Made by a program: the position numbers and the translations under genes
NCBI RefSeq assembly: GCF_000181795.1
Contig: NW_003526940.1
Location: forward strand, 965,527-1,029,526
DNA length: 64,000 nt
Reading direction: 5' to 3'
Source of the DNA: Trichinella spiralis
Taxonomy: Eukaryota
Notes under the pieces: model-generated
Database searches by the model: none
The model's input: the letters and a program-made list of their open reading frames with translations, nothing else
What the model was told of the DNA's origin: nothing
Part shown: positions 13,387 to 28,600 of the stretch, piece after piece
Position numbering within the stretch: the first letter of the stretch is position 1
Layout of the letters: each line of letters begins with the position of its first letter

Positions 13387-16300
13387 TCAACTCTTCACTT
13401 CTGGAATTGCCATCAGCAATTTTTGCATTGATACGGTTGTCTTTTCTGCAAAATTAATATAAATAATATGAATCTTTATGAAAAATTTTTGAACAATCAT
13501 ATTTTACCTGAAAAACGGGAAATAAATTCGGGTCTGAATTTGATGAAAAGAAAATACACTGGAATGCCAGACAGCATAATGACGATGCCAATTGCTAAAA
13601 TTATTTCAAATACAGATGACTAACAAAAGGAAAACATCAAAATTTACCAGTATCTGTTGGTTCTGCAATGATGGGAACCACGACAAGAAAAATGCAACCG
13701 GCAAAGAAGAGAATGGGAAAAATTAAATTCACCTAAAAAATTTTACCAAAATGAAATTTTAAAGAGTATTAAAATTTATACAACAATTATACATAAAGAA
13801 ACTAGCATAATTTGCTTTACTAATGTGAAAATTGGAATTTTGATTGATAATTTTGATTAATAGAAAAAAATAATTCATTTACTTTAATCACTCTTGGTGC
13901 ATTTGGCATTGTTCGACGAAAGTGAAACACACATAACGTAGCCACTGCAATGGCGAGCCAGTTGACGACTTGGACACAGTTTATCAGCGTAAATATGTTC
14001 TGACTTAGCAAAAGAAAAAGGCAAGAAAGAATACCCTGCAAAATAATGCTCAAAATGTATGATATACTCGAGAAAAAATCTGTTTTAATATCTTCAACTT
14101 TAAAAATTAATACCAAAAATTATTGATTTACATGAAAAATCAAAGTAAGTTTTCACTTTATTAAACTGAAACAAATTTTAAACCATATTAATCAACAACA
14201 ATCCAAACTGATGTTGCTCGCTTTGTGTTTTACCGTTATGATAGTTGCGGGAAAGGGAGTACGATGTTTCATGCTGATAAGAGTCATTGTTTCTGGCATG
14301 TGTCCCTCTCTTGCTCCAACAAAGTACAATCTAAAAGTTAAACTTTTAACAATTTAGCTTCTAAAATAAACAAACTGCCTAATATAAAACAGCTGAATTA
14401 TTAAATTGTGATTTAATTATTCTATGAAATAAAATTATTACTGAACACACGATTCAAGCTTTGAAATAATGCCATTCTAAAAATATAAATTACATTTTCC
14501 TATCATAATGCTTTTTTATTTGATTACTCTCCATGTAGATCATTTATTAATAAGAGACGCATATTTAAATCATGTAGCGATACAAATACATATTTGAAAA
14601 CCTTGATGTAGTCAATATTGTGCCGTTGCATGATCCAATTGTAGAAAGAGCAACAAATACCGGCATTATCCATGCGGCGGGTCCATAAACTTTTTCTGCA
14701 AACGTCTATAACATATTACAATAATTAGTTATAACGGATTTATAATTTTACAATTAAGTTTGTATTTATTGTCCATTTATTTATTTAAATAATCAAGAAT
14801 CTTCAAGTGCACAATGAAAGGAAAAAGTTTCATGTAACTTTTATCATGTTATATTATGAAATATATAAAAAGTATATATATATATATATATATATAATAT
14901 AAAAGTTTAAATTAAATAACAAATCTTACAGTTGCAGTTGCATCTGTTGCTAAAAATTCATGCGGTGGAATGACAGCGTAAAAAGCTACATTGGTCAAAG
15001 TGTATATAACTGTTACAGTGGTGCATGATATTGCAATAGCCAACGGTAAATTTCTAAAAGTAAAATTTTGATTATTTAATATGGATTTAAGTTACCGTTT
15101 TACCTTTTTGGATTTTGAATTTCTTCAACTATAAAATTGAGGTAATTCCTTAAAAGCACATTGTTTACCTTTGATATATTAAAAAATGCAAAATAAACAA
15201 TAATTTTAAAAAATCATGTTTCAGCGAAAAAAAATTTAAAAGAATATAATTACCATCCATTGTAAGCAAATAAAGCTGAGTAGAGGGCAAGTGATATATC
15301 TCCAGCATTCATACTGGTACCACTGAATGCATCATCAAAACTTCCAGAATTAGCTACAAACTTCCTGATTGTCAAAAACTTGTTCAAAATATGATATAAC
15401 ATACTTATAAAAAGCATAACTACGCCGGTAATTATGACCAACACAAGAGCTAAAAGTTTTGCATATGTTGTGACATCTTGAATTCGAGTAGACCATCGAA
15501 CGCTCTGTGAATTTATCCACGTTAACAATACTATAAACAATTTGAGCAACAATAAATCATCTATCAATTTAAAGTAATATAAAATATTTTAACAATTAAG
15601 CATTGTTAAGCAAATAAAAATGCAAAATAAATGTCTTACAAATAAGACAACATGCGAGCAAAGGTTCAGCATATTCAGGAATGGGGCAGTTTTGAAAAAC
15701 TAATACTAATACATATTTGGAAAATGTCAACGATATAACAGCAATGGAACATGGCCTAAAACAAAGCAGTTCATTTAGGTTCATCTTTCAATTTAGTGAT
15801 CAGATGAAGAGTAAAAGTTAGCAGTTGAAAGAAATAAAGTTAGTGCTTAAAAACAAAAAATTATATAAATCTATTTCAAGTAAAACATTCAAAAGGAGAT
15901 AAATAAAACTTTGAAATTCTTTTATTACCTAATTATAATCACTTCAACCCAGAGTCGGATGAATGCAATCATCGGACCATATGCTTTCCTGATGTAAGCA
16001 TAGTCGCCTCCGCTGTCAGAAATCAATGTTCCAAGTTCAGAATAACAGTAGGAGCCAAGGGCGGCAAAAATACCACCACAAACCCACAAAATTAAAGACA
16101 GTCCAACACTTCCAGCTTCTAAAAGCACATTTTAATTAATTATTGTCGTATATGCAGTAAAATGCTCAAATAAATAGAATTTTTTTTTACAAAAGTAATG
16201 ATAAAACTACGGAAAATAATGAATACTGACTAAAGTATTTTCAATATAGAATGTTCATGCAAGAGGTTTGTTTCATTTAAATACATTTATATGAAGCAAC

Positions 16301-16626
16301 TAAAACCTAACTGAAATTTACTTTTCAAAGTAGATTAATCTTTTCTTACTTTCGTGAACACCTTTGGGAGATATGAATATTCCACTTCCAATTATGACGC
16401 CAATTATAATGTTCACTCCGTTGAGCAATGTTATTGAACGTTCAAGCTTCAACTCTCCACTGTCATGAATGTCTGTTTTATTTTTACCGTTTTCACCTTT
16501 CTTACATTGATCTTCATTTAAATGTATCTCAGTGTCTGCCGGATCTTTGAGTTTTGAATCAGATACAATTGCCAACTGTGAATCAGGTCTGTGACGAAGT
16601 GACTTGCTGTTTTTGCTTGATGACAT
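13387..16626 (-). CDS. L-type amino acid transporter light chain (SLC7/LAT, aat-like), copy A, 13 exons, ~520 aa
   Basis: Exons 16626-16350, 16118-15929, 15755-15640, 15530-15405, 15353-15254, 15148-15104, 15053-14930, 14705-14602, 14330-14234, 14035-13883, 13732-13648, 13594-13508 and 13445-13387 splice into one frame. Motifs [62 protein letters not shown]. Confidence 0.93.
14874..14895. repeat. (TA)n microsatellite in a LAT copy A intron
   Basis: Uninterrupted TA run visible directly. Confidence 0.9.
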
Positions 16627-17335
16627 AATAATAATACTTTAAAGCTTAAGTTTTTACTGGAAATTCGTTAGCTTTTGAAAGTAAAACAAAATTCTATTGA
16701 TGAACAGCAATACTCTGATGAATAAAAAAGCAAAAAAGATATGAATAGTTAGTTGGTTTGATTGATGTCGCAGTGCTTATTTCGCAGTTAAATAATAATA
16801 ATTAAAGGAAATGGAGGACCTTGATTTAGCGGAAATTTCTTTAGCTGCAAAACAAAAAGATTAAACCGATGCCGTTTGATGACATTTCAGAGTGTACAAT
16901 TGGCCTGATGCGATGCTATTGATACCAAAACGTGAATACCAGTTTCCAACAAGCCATCTGACATATGGGAACGTGCTCACGTGTCAAAAGTTGACTGATA
17001 TTCAGTACGTTGATTTCATTATGGTATACGACGGAAAAAGCTGACAATGGAAAATAATCATTCATTTTCAGCAAGTATGACGCCAACAGTATGATTACGT
17101 AATATTTTCGTGTCATTCATACTTATAATTTTCCTATATCAGGTTGTAATAATTTAATCAAATTGGATTTATTGTTATGACAAACAAAAAACTAATATAA
17201 AAGAAGAATAATTTCATAATTTTTAACTTAATCAAGTACATAATGTTTTACTTAAAAATCGAATCATTGCAATTTCATTCAACTACTCAATGACAAAAAG
17301 CAAGCTAACAAACAAATTAATTAAACTGTAAAATT

Positions 17336-20300
17336 CTAATCAATTTTATTATCCAGCGTTGTTGTCATTTGCAATTCTTCTTCACATTCTTCAGGAACAG
17401 CAAGGAAAAATTTCTGCGTAAACATGCTGACACTACCTGAAACAAAACCGTCAACTTTTAGATTTGCATCATGTGAAAAAAAGAAATATCTTTAAAATAT
17501 ATGCCCACAGGTAATAAGTTGAAGCAATAAATAAATAAAACACCTGTGAATTAATTGTTTGCAAAAATAGCTGCTGGAATGATTACATCAAATTTACCCA
17601 TTTATCTCAACAGATTTTGTCACATTTTATAGTTCAAAAAGCAAACGACACACTATCAATTGGCACATTTAGGCGACACATTGCCATTCATCGCAATTTA
17701 AAAATCAACTTATGAAATAAGGGGCAAGTGAATAAGAAAAATTGAAATTATGCAAAAATAACATGCGCAAATAAATTTAATAACTTTTTCAATTATGCAA
17801 AAAAAATCAAATTCCATAACTTGTTTTGGACATCTGAACATGAACATCATATATGACTTACTGGAAAAATTGCTCAGCACTTCTGGACGATGTTTGATGA
17901 ATAGAAAGTATATCGGCACACTGGTAAACGTAATTCCCAAACCAATTACTAAAATATCAAATTACTCGCATTAAAACTGTGTTCGCTTTTATCTTTTTTT
18001 TTAAATTACTGGTATCAATTGGGGCTGCAACTACAGGAACTACCACTAAGAACAAACAACCGACCAAAAACACAAATGGGAAAATCAAATTCACCTGAAA
18101 TAAATTTACATGATTATTTTTTATCAAAATTGTTCAAAATTACTTTTATTGTTCTTGGGGCATCTGGCATTTTACGACGAAGCTGAAACAGTGATAACAT
18201 TGCCAAAGATATTGCAAGCCAATTTACTATTTGAATATAGTTGATAAGGGAATAGATGTTGCTGCTCAGTAACAAAAAAACGCAAGAAAGCAATCCCTAA
18301 AAATTTACATTTTTTAAAAAACAATTTACACATGAAAAATTAAATTGCAAATAAAACAACCTAACCTTGTTAACAATAAATTTTTATATTAATAATACAT
18401 TAATGGTTCATTAAATATCTTGTAAATGAATTGAGCTTCAGAGCAATCAGTCACATCAAATGTAAAAGCTATTCGCGTACATGCGCGCATTGTAAATATA
18501 CATGCATTCGTTTATATTTTTTGGTGCGCCATTAAAGTTACAGTTAATTCTCGTTAATATATTTAATCAATTTGCTCCAATATTTTGTCAGTATTTTGTT
18601 GATATATTGTTGAAAATTTTGATTATTACCGTTATTTTATTATGCTTAAAATGAATTTCTGTAGTTAACCTGAAAATGCGTGTAATATTAGAATTTGATC
18701 AAAATATTTCATTTAAATTTTTTTATAACTTTAAAAACAATTTCAATATTTTCAGTTTTATTTATATTCAAATTTTAATATTTTATTTTGATAGTTTAAC
18801 CATTTTTATAAATTGTTTACATTTGAAAGTTGGAAGAAAATTTTTTCACCAATCAGAGAGCGCTGGCATAAATTTTCCTGTTACTCATTTGCCCATTTAA
18901 ACAAAACACTTACTGTAAGAATTACGGCTGGAACGGGTGTCATGTATTTTAGACTTATCAGTGTTAAAGCTTGAGGCATTTGACCTTCTCTACCTCCAAC
19001 AAAAAATAATCTAAAAATATAATTGAATCAGTGTAACACAGATAGACTTTAAAAATTTATGCAACAAAAATATTTACAATAATTTTTGAAATATTAAAAA
19101 ATTCTCAACAACTTATCTCATATGCTTAGATTTTAATTATTTCATACCGCTAAAATTACCGTGAAGCTGTAAGAATGACACCATTGCATGATCCAACAGT
19201 AGCAAACGCAACAAAAATCGGCATTATCCATGCAAATGATCCGTACACTTTATTAGCAAAAGTCTACAATTTGAAGTTTTATAATTAAATTGATAAACAT
19301 TTTCAAAAAGTGTTCACAGCTACCATAGCAGTTGCATCTGCTTCAAGAAATTCCTTCGGACTGATAACAGCATAGAATGCCAAATTAGTTAAACAATAAA
19401 TAACAGTCACAAGTGAGCAAGAAATTGCAATTGCAAGTGGAAGATTTCTAAAGCAACTTATTTTTATATCTTTATTTTAAAATGTCCATTACATTTTACC
19501 TTTTTGGATTTTTCAATTCTTCCACGATAAAATTCAAATAATTCCTATAAAAAAGTCAAATGCTGATAATCTGAAAACAAAGTTTCAATCAAAAACCACT
19601 CATTGAACATTATTATGGTATGTGAAATTTAAATTTATGTAAATATAATTTCACATTTGGTACTTATATATATATATATATATGCTCACCATCCATTGTA
19701 CGCAAACAATCCTGAATAAAGAGCTAAAGAAATTTCACCGGCATCAGTGGATGTTCCATCAAATATATTGTCGAAACTACCAGATGAAGCTAAAACATCA
19801 ATTCATTAAATTAAATTAAATAATAATTAGATTATAATAATGCCAAATATTAAAATTCTTTTTCTGCCAAAACTTTAAAAATTAAATGCAAAAAAGATAT
19901 ATAAACTGGAGCTTAACATACGCAAATATCAATGGCTTCTCGATAAAAATAGATTTTTATTCCTTTCTATTGTTTTGTAATAAAGTTTACTGCTCTAATG
20001 GCCATAAGTGTTATTGTAGTAAAACTAATAATTTACGAATGTATTATTTTATAAATAAATTTTATAATCAAAATTCATTATTCATAATTACTTAGAAATG
20101 CCATGACCAAGCCAGTCACAATAATCAGCACCAATGCAATAATTTTGGCATATGTTAGAATGTCTTGAATGAATGTTGCCCATCTGACACTGTAGCAGTT
20201 GATGAGTGTTATAATAACTAAAAGCAAAAATTAAATTCAATATTAATATAAATATGCTATTTCCATCCAAAAAGTAAAATACAACTTTTTTTCACTTTGC

Positions 20301-22296
20301 TTTTACGTTTTTGCTTCAAACATTGCTACTTTAATACAATAAAATAGTATAATAAATAGATCTTGTTCTATTAATGCAAAAAATATCACTGCAGAATCAT
20401 ATTTTAAAATAATTTCATAAATTAATGTTTAAATTTTATCAATAAATGAACTTTCGACTAAAAATACTGTTAATATTTGTTAACAACAAATTAATAGAGA
20501 TAAATCAATACAATAACAATATAGCCATAAAGATGAGGATTCAATCTTCTTCAAAAGATTATTTTTCATATTTTCATTAAGAACTACACAGTGCATTGCA
20601 TTTTAATTAATATATCAATTATCATTCACTATTAGCTGCATAGAATTATTTGAAAAAATTAATGACAAGTCAATAGATTTCAAGATACATATATATGTGA
20701 GTGCATATGCGCATGTGTATGTGTGTGAATTACATCACAGTTATGATTTAAATGGTAAAAAAAAGCAAATTACGCAGTAAACAACAAGCTAACATTGGCT
20801 CTGCATAAACTTGTTGACAATCGCCAAATAAAGGCACCAGAGCGTATTTCGCAAAAGTTAACGCTGTTATAGTAGCTGAACAAGGCCTATAAAGTTATAT
20901 GGTTAGTAAAGTTTATCATACGAATTTTTCGATTGAAAAAAAAACGATGTACCGAATAACAATGGCTTCAATCCACAGTCGTATAAATCCTACAAAAGGA
21001 CCAAACGCTTCTGTTATGTAAGCATAATCACCACCACTTTTTCGAATCAGCGTTCCTAATTCAGCATAGCAATAAGCCCCTAATGCGGCAAATAAGCCAC
21101 CGAATATCCATATTATCATTGACAATCCAACGCTTCCACTATCTGCAAAATGTAATTAATCATTGGTGTTTTTAAAACTACTTTACGTTACCTAAAATGT
21201 TTTTTAATAATAATCAAATGTTAAATTTTGAAATAAATTTTAATTTAAAATTGTACTGTTCTTTGAAAATGAAAACAATACTTCTAAATGATGAAATAAT
21301 TATAGTAATTTATTTTTCGTGTTATTTAAAAATAATATTTTAATAGTATTCTTCATATTTATATACATTTGACTAGTTTTTTCTTTTGTCGTTATACAAC
21401 TATATCAAAAATTAAGTTGCAACGGTTGTCTAATTATAAGAAACAAATTGGCTTTCATTTATGCGCATTTCTGATTACAAACTCTTATTAGATAATTTAT
21501 TTATTTGAATCTTAAAAATGCATCAAATTTATTCAATTTTGAAAACAGCCGGCTAGTTAAATTTTAATATATTAATGTTGATTTGTTTGCATGTGCATGT
21601 ATTACTGACAATCGAATAAGTTCCATTAGATGTCAAAATAGTAAGTAATGTCATAATAATTTGTTTGAACAAACAAACATTTCTATTCAAAATTTAACAT
21701 ATTTAGTCTCAACTGCTTTAATTCAGCCGTCTAATTGTCACAAATAATCATTCAAAAGTTAAATTTGCCATACATTCTGTTTCACGAACAATATTATGGT
21801 AGTTAAATTAAAATTCAAATAATCAATTTCTGCTTTTACGTAATAGCAACATCTAAGCTAACATTCAATGCCGTGGATACTTGAAAGAAGGAAGCGCTTC
21901 ATTTCAAAGTTATTATGATATACAATTTATCCAAAAATGTATTCATTCTCTATTGTTTTTCGTTAAAAGTATTATTGTTCCATTTTTTTGATACTAATAC
22001 TATTTTAGTAAATTTTAAAAATCATCGGATCAAATCTGAATAATACTCTTATGTCGAACGTTATAGGCAAATGTTTCAAAGTTCAACTGAAAAGCCGATA
22101 AAAAAACAATAAAATACTTACGCTCGTGGACTCCTTTTGGTGAGACAAAAATTCCACTACCAATAATGCAGCCAATGATAATAGTAATGCCATTTAACAG
22201 AGATACTGATCTTTGAAGTTTAATTTTTCCATCACCATCATCATCATCATCGGATTTTAAGTCGTTCCTTTTCTTGTCGGGTGATAAATCGTTCAT
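17336..22296 (-). CDS. L-type amino acid transporter light chain (SLC7/LAT, aat-like), copy B
   Basis: Exon 1 22296-22122 ([17 protein letters not shown]); exon 2 from 21142 ([18 protein letters not shown]); later exons carry [24 protein letters not shown] and TPVPAVI; last exon ends ...TTTLDNKID* at 17336. Same exon series as copy A. An acceptor site just upstream of the ATG (about 22310) means the true 5' end may be spliced or trans-spliced. Confidence 0.92.
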
Positions 22297-25200
22297 TTTC
22301 AAAGATTTCCTGGGTTAATTAATAAAAAAGTTAATTCATTAAAAATATTTTCTCATAAAGCATGTAATGCGTAAGCAAGTATTAATTAATTAGTAAAGAA
22401 TAACTAAACAATAAAACTGACTTATAACTTGAAATACAAGTACAGTCGAAAAGTGAGAAAATGCTTCTTAAATCAATTTACTTTTAACAAAATTTAATAC
22501 TAAATAATTTAACTAATATTAAAATAAGTCACATATTTAACTAGCACAAATACAACGCGGCTTACTTAATTCGTTAATGGCAAACTAATAAACACGCTTC
22601 AGTTACACTTTTCCACCCCAATCATTTAAATCAATTCAGTTACCGTAGAATGTTACTTAACCTAGAAATCATAAAAATAAAAGTAAAAATAATTTATCAG
22701 TAATTACTTTAATTTTATAATTTTTTAAATGACAATATTAATTTTTGAAAACAAAAGTTTGAAAATAAAATGCATAACGATGATCAATGAATATACTGTA
22801 GCAATATCAGTAAGCGTAGAATGTGCCGTAGCTTTTCACTCGACTTATTTTACTTGAGTGTCACTTTCAGAAGTACTATGCAAATTGTAATGTTAAATAA
22901 AAATGGCTTATTTTAATTCACAAAAACGCATTTTTAAAAATGTAAATGCATATATAATTATTGCAAAAAAGTTTTTTTTATTTTTCTTCAAAAGAAGGGT
23001 ACAAGTGAAGTGGTATTTTATGGTAAAGGTTACATAAAAATTTTTTGACTAATTCATTCATCGTTGAATAAAAAGAACTTTAAGTGAAATTTTAAACAGT
23101 TAATTAACAATGTCAGTATTCTTCATCAAACATCATTTAAAGGATAGTATTGCTTAGTGTTTAACTGTCGACTTGCTTAAAGATTTTTTAGAATCCAATT
23201 TTAACTCCACTTTCAGTTATCTATTAGTTATAATTTTTGAATTATACAGAAAAGTTGTAAAAAAATTCTCTCTTTCTGAAATTTTATAATCTATTCTGAG
23301 AAAATCAAAGATTATCGTTTCAAATAATAAATTAAAACTGAATTGTTTTTTTAAATAAATTTATGCAGTTCCAATTACGTGGATATTAGAAATATGTTGA
23401 GCAATAATTATTCATTTATTATTTTGAATAAATTTGCAATATTTACATAAAGTATGCATAAACTATTAAATGCAATTTCGAATATATTAAGCGAATACAA
23501 TTTAAAAAAATAAGTTCAGTAAATCTGCTGTAGAATAAAATTTTCGAAAATAAATATTTTATTCATTGTTATTAATCAATTTAAAATAATAAAAAAAGTA
23601 TAAGTTGAATTAAAACTTCACATAAGATGTGTCATCAAGTGAAACATTTTGAACAAACAGAACAATGGATTTGTTTAATGTGAAGGAGGTAATTTGTAAT
23701 TGCAAAGTAATGAATCAGTCAGTGTTTGAAAGGTGTTTTTTATTTGTCGAATCGCTTTGGCACAAAGTGCAACAATTCCATTGATCGATAAGTGAAAATT
23801 TAACATTTACTTTTTATTATAATTTTTTTGAAAAAAAAACATTGCTTGTCTTATTATTTGGTTTTGCATTTTATGCGATGCAATTGTGAACATTGTGAAG
23901 CATGATGATTCGTCGGATGATGAAGATAAAGTCGTTGCAATACAACTGGTAAACGGCAACTGAATTTGTGTATTAATCAATTTTGTTGTCGAATGTTTGA
24001 AAAAAGCTTCATTTTACGACGCCAACTGCTTCCACGCTCCATTTTCTGCTGCATGCTTGTCAAGATTGATGCAAATTGTCAAGCAACTTTATCCATTATA
24101 TTACCGACCTGTTTTGCATGTTTAATGTTGCTTTATGATTATTCGACAAAAAAACCAGCAACAACAACAATAATGCAACGTGATAAATTATGAATTTTTA
24201 AATTTATTTTTTCTGAATCACATAATTTTCAAAAAATTAATAATTAAAAGAAAAAATTTTCCTTTTGTTTTGTAAAAGGAAAAGATTATAATTTGTCAAA
24301 AATTCCATTTCCATAAAAATATTTCGATCAACATGTTCATTTTGTACAGGTTGCTTCTTCTATATTTTTGGGGAAAAATTTTGGAAAATAATTGGTGCAA
24401 ATTGTGATGAATGCAATTTGTTAAAGATATAAATTTTCAAACCGGGTCTGATAATTTTCGAAAGTGACAATTTCAAAAAGTGCTGCTGAACGTGAATCCA
24501 TAAATTCTTTCCAACCCCCCTTCTTTCTTTCTTTTCCCCCTCAACTTGTGACGTGTCGACAAAATATGCCAGCTTGCTTTTAAACAAAAAGTAAAAATAA
24601 TTTTAGGCAAAAGTTGTTCACTTTTTGAAAAGCGTTCTCAATTTACATTGCTTCATTGTCTGGATATGCGTTTGCACAGAACATGATCAGTGAAAAAGAT
24701 AAAACTGTAAAGGTATGACTGACTGCTTGTAAATAGTGTTGAAAAATACTGCAATATGAAAAAATTATAATTTCATATATTCTCTTTTTTTTCTTCTCTA
24801 TATTTCATATTGCATATTGTGCAACGAACAAAAATGATTGAATTGTAATTTGATTTCAAATTTCAATCGTCGATGATTGAACAAAATAGCACCACCAGTA
24901 ACCACAGTATATCATGAGTCATGAGTAACTTTGCAAATTGGAATATAATTTTACATAAATTTTGTAATCATTGATAAAAATTTGTACAAGTTTGCAATTA
25001 ATATGATAATATAATTTGATGGTGAAATTTTTAAATATGAAATATTGAATTGCATTAAATTAATATTTGCATGGAGCAGTTGTGAAAAATCCTTGACATC
25101 AGTTTATCAGTTCATTGAAGTGAAATGCAATTTTGCAAAGGAAAGAGATGGAATAAATGATTTTGCAGCATAATAAAGCCGTAGGCGAGGTTTATATTGA

Positions 25201-25687
25201 TTTGTGTAAAGTGGATTGAGAAGAATGCGTGGAAAAAAGTTTGTTCGAAAAATTTTTTGGCATTGACAAATACAGTAGGCATCTTCAAGGACATGTACAA
25301 GTAGGTGGCTTCTTATTTTGAATAAGACTGGTCCAAAAATCTACAAGCTTTGGACAATTTTGCAACCGTGCATAGAAAAAGGCAAAAGCAATTATTGCAT
25401 ATGATTCATCATTATCAGCATCGCTAATGCCGCCGCTGCTGCTGCTGTTGTTTAACTAGTTTGCAACAAAATGACATGCAACACGCAAAATCTAGTTATA
25501 TCAGAAGCATCGACTGACTGCGTTGCAGTATTTGCAGGGCAATTTCGCTTTGTGTGCAGCTTTTTTCATTTTGTCAAGCGAACGTCAGGCGTAGACGCGT
25601 TAGCTTCTTTTTGGCATCAATTTTGCTGTTGCTGCTTTCTGTTTGTCGAATTTTCCAGATATCTCTTCAAAGCATATTCACAAAATT

Positions 25688-28600
25688 ATGGAAAGACAAC
25701 TGGTAAATTATTTGAAAATTTTATTTTTTCATTTTACAATTTTTAAGTTGAAATTTCAATTTTTTTCAATATTTTAAATATTGATTAAAGATTACAGAAT
25801 AAATATCAATTTTGCAAAGGAAAAGTTGAATTGCAAATTTAATATTTTCATATAATTATATGCATTTGCCATTTTACCATGCTTGTACATTGCAAACAAA
25901 CAAACAGCAGTGCAAAATATGATCGTTGCTGCATTGTAAAAGCGTAGGCGTCTGTAGTGAAAATGTTCATGCTTGACTAATATCGAGCACCAGAGAAACA
26001 GCACATCACGCTTTTTCTCTGTTCAATAAAAAAAATTTCCGAACGCTAACTCACAGCAAACGCAGAGCAACGCTGAATCCCCTGAACCACCAACTTCACA
26101 TCCAGCACAATAATCAATATTATCTGGCAGTTGTTGTCGTGTTCACCACACTCAGTGGCACTTGAATGAAAGGGAAAATTTTCGTCACACTTATTTTTCC
26201 TGTTTTAGGGCGTTGGCTAAAGCTCGTTTGTAATTTTTAACATTTAAGAAAAAAAAACTTACTCTCTCTTTCTCTCTCCATTGTAGTAGTATTATTTCAA
26301 TTATATAACGCTTATTATTGTTACGTATTTTTGTTATGCAAAAATGGCACATGCAATTTTGAAATTCAAAAAAAAAACTTTTAGCTTATTGGAAGCATGA
26401 AAAAACTCTCAACAGCTAACTTTTCAATACTTTCAATAGTAATCTTTAAAACTTCATTGTAAAAGCAACAGAAAATTCTTAAACCTGCATATGAGTTTAT
26501 CAAAAAAAATTAGTTCCAATAATAAAGATTACTCTGCATAAATTTCAATTTTCTTCAAAAATTCATTTATCTTTTTTTTAGAAAGTTCCGTATTTAGCCA
26601 AGTTGGATAACACAATTCAACCTGGACAATCACTAATTGCTAGAGGATTGGTCACTGGTGATAGGTGAGAGAGACATTTTTCTGCTTAACGTAAATGTAA
26701 ATTTTCAATGTCAAAATGTTGCAATTAATTATTGATGGAATTGCAAATATTTTGATTAAAGTTTTTTTAGCAACTACAGTATGACAAATTGTTGTTTAGA
26801 ATTTGAAAGAGATAAAAATGTTTAATTTTGCTTCAAACATAAAAAGTTGCATTGCGTTTGTTGCTTTATCATTGCAAAGTAACCTTTGCAAATTTTAAGC
26901 GTTGCTTTATTTATGTCTCAAAAATTTCACAGCTGGAAAACATATATTTCATTCTGATTATATTTCAAATATTTAAAAAGTAATTTCAACGGTCTGATAA
27001 GCATTATAATTTAAAATGTAGATATCACATTTGCTATCAGTTTTTCAATTTCGAAATGGAAATAATCACCCAGATATCTGAGCAGCGTGAAGATAAATTT
27101 TAATTTATATATATTTGCTGCTTTGCCATTTATTTGTCTAACATTAATTTTATGTTACAGTATGTTGTACTTTTCACCATGTAATTTCAAATTATATTAA
27201 ATAAAAAGAATGAATCAGAGAAATAAAGAGTACTTTTAAAATTTTTAAAATAATCTGAATCTAAAATGATCTGAAAAATTTCTAGTAATAAAATAAAATA
27301 TTAATTAATAATTAGTGAAAAGTAATCAAATGCAATAGAATGAATTGAAAGTAAATATTTTCATCTTTATACATCTGAGCTGAAATTAAAATTTTAAACA
27401 AAACTAATACTTAGAAGCAATAAATTGTATCGTTCTGTTAAAATCAATTTCAACTTTTGGTGTACAAAAAAAGAACTGTGTTATATTTTATTTAAATTGT
27501 CTTTTCGCTTTGTTGACATTATTTTAACATTGAATACTGTAAAAGGTGAAAAGCATGATACAATTTTTGCATATACGTACAGATACATATATTTTTTAGA
27601 TTTGACATCAATTTTCAACAAGGTGTGCATGAACACAACGGAATTGCTTTGCACGTTAGTTGCCGGCAGCATGAGAAAGTGTTCGTGTTGAACACTTTCG
27701 ATGAGGGATCTTGGAAAAAAGAAACTCGTTTCAAGTCTCCCCTCAAAGTCGGCGAACCATTCGATTTGCGTATTCGAGCTCATGATGATCGCTTCGAGGT
27801 TGCATCCTTTATTACTGAACAGAAATTTGTATTAGCATTATGGATTTTTTCTGTTTTATAGATGTTTGCTAATCACAAACACGTCGGTGATTATAAACAC
27901 ATGCAGCCTCTGACATCCATAAATCATCTGTTGATTACTGGAACGTGCGAACTGCATTCCGTTTTGTGGGAAGGAAATTATTATGTAAATATATTTGAAT
28001 TCATTTGAAAACATGACGTGCTTTTTTTTAATTAACTAACTTCAGTTAGATTTTTAATCTAACATTTTATTTAAAAAAAGAAAAATTTTAATTTATTTTT
28101 TATAAATAATGTATATTAAATGTAAGAGAAGTAAGAAAAAAAAATTATATATATATATTTTTTTATAGTAATAATTACTGTTTCAGTGAACAGTATAGTA
28201 AGCGAATGATTACTCTGATTTTACTAATTTTATATGGATATAAATATATGATCGGTTGAAGAACATTTAATCAATCGCTAAATAAATCAAAATATTATTA
28301 TTGTTAGCCAAAGCCATACGAATGCAGATTGGATGGTTTTAAACCTGGCAGGCGACTCTTTGTCAGCGGCGTTCCGGCTGATGGTGCAAAAAAGTTTAGC
28401 ATCAATTTGTGTTCCGGCACAGATATTGCTTTTCATTTTAATCCTCGTTTCAATGAAAAAGTAAACAGTATTCTGTCTTGTTCTTAAAAACTATTTATAC
28501 TATTTCTTTCAATTAATTAATTCAATTAAGCAATCAAGAAATTTTAACATTCAAACTTGACAATGCTGTTGATTGTATCTGAATAATTTAATTGTATCTG

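Noticed and set aside
16916..17116. 66-aa ORF between the two LAT genes
   Set aside because: No recognisable features; more likely intergenic or regulatory sequence.
27799..27861. Possible U12-type intron in the galectin (GTTGCATCCTTT donor)
   Set aside because: Does not match the strict RTATCCTT 5' consensus and no TCCTTAAC branch point; treated as a weak U2 donor. No U12 intron was found in the genes reconstructed.
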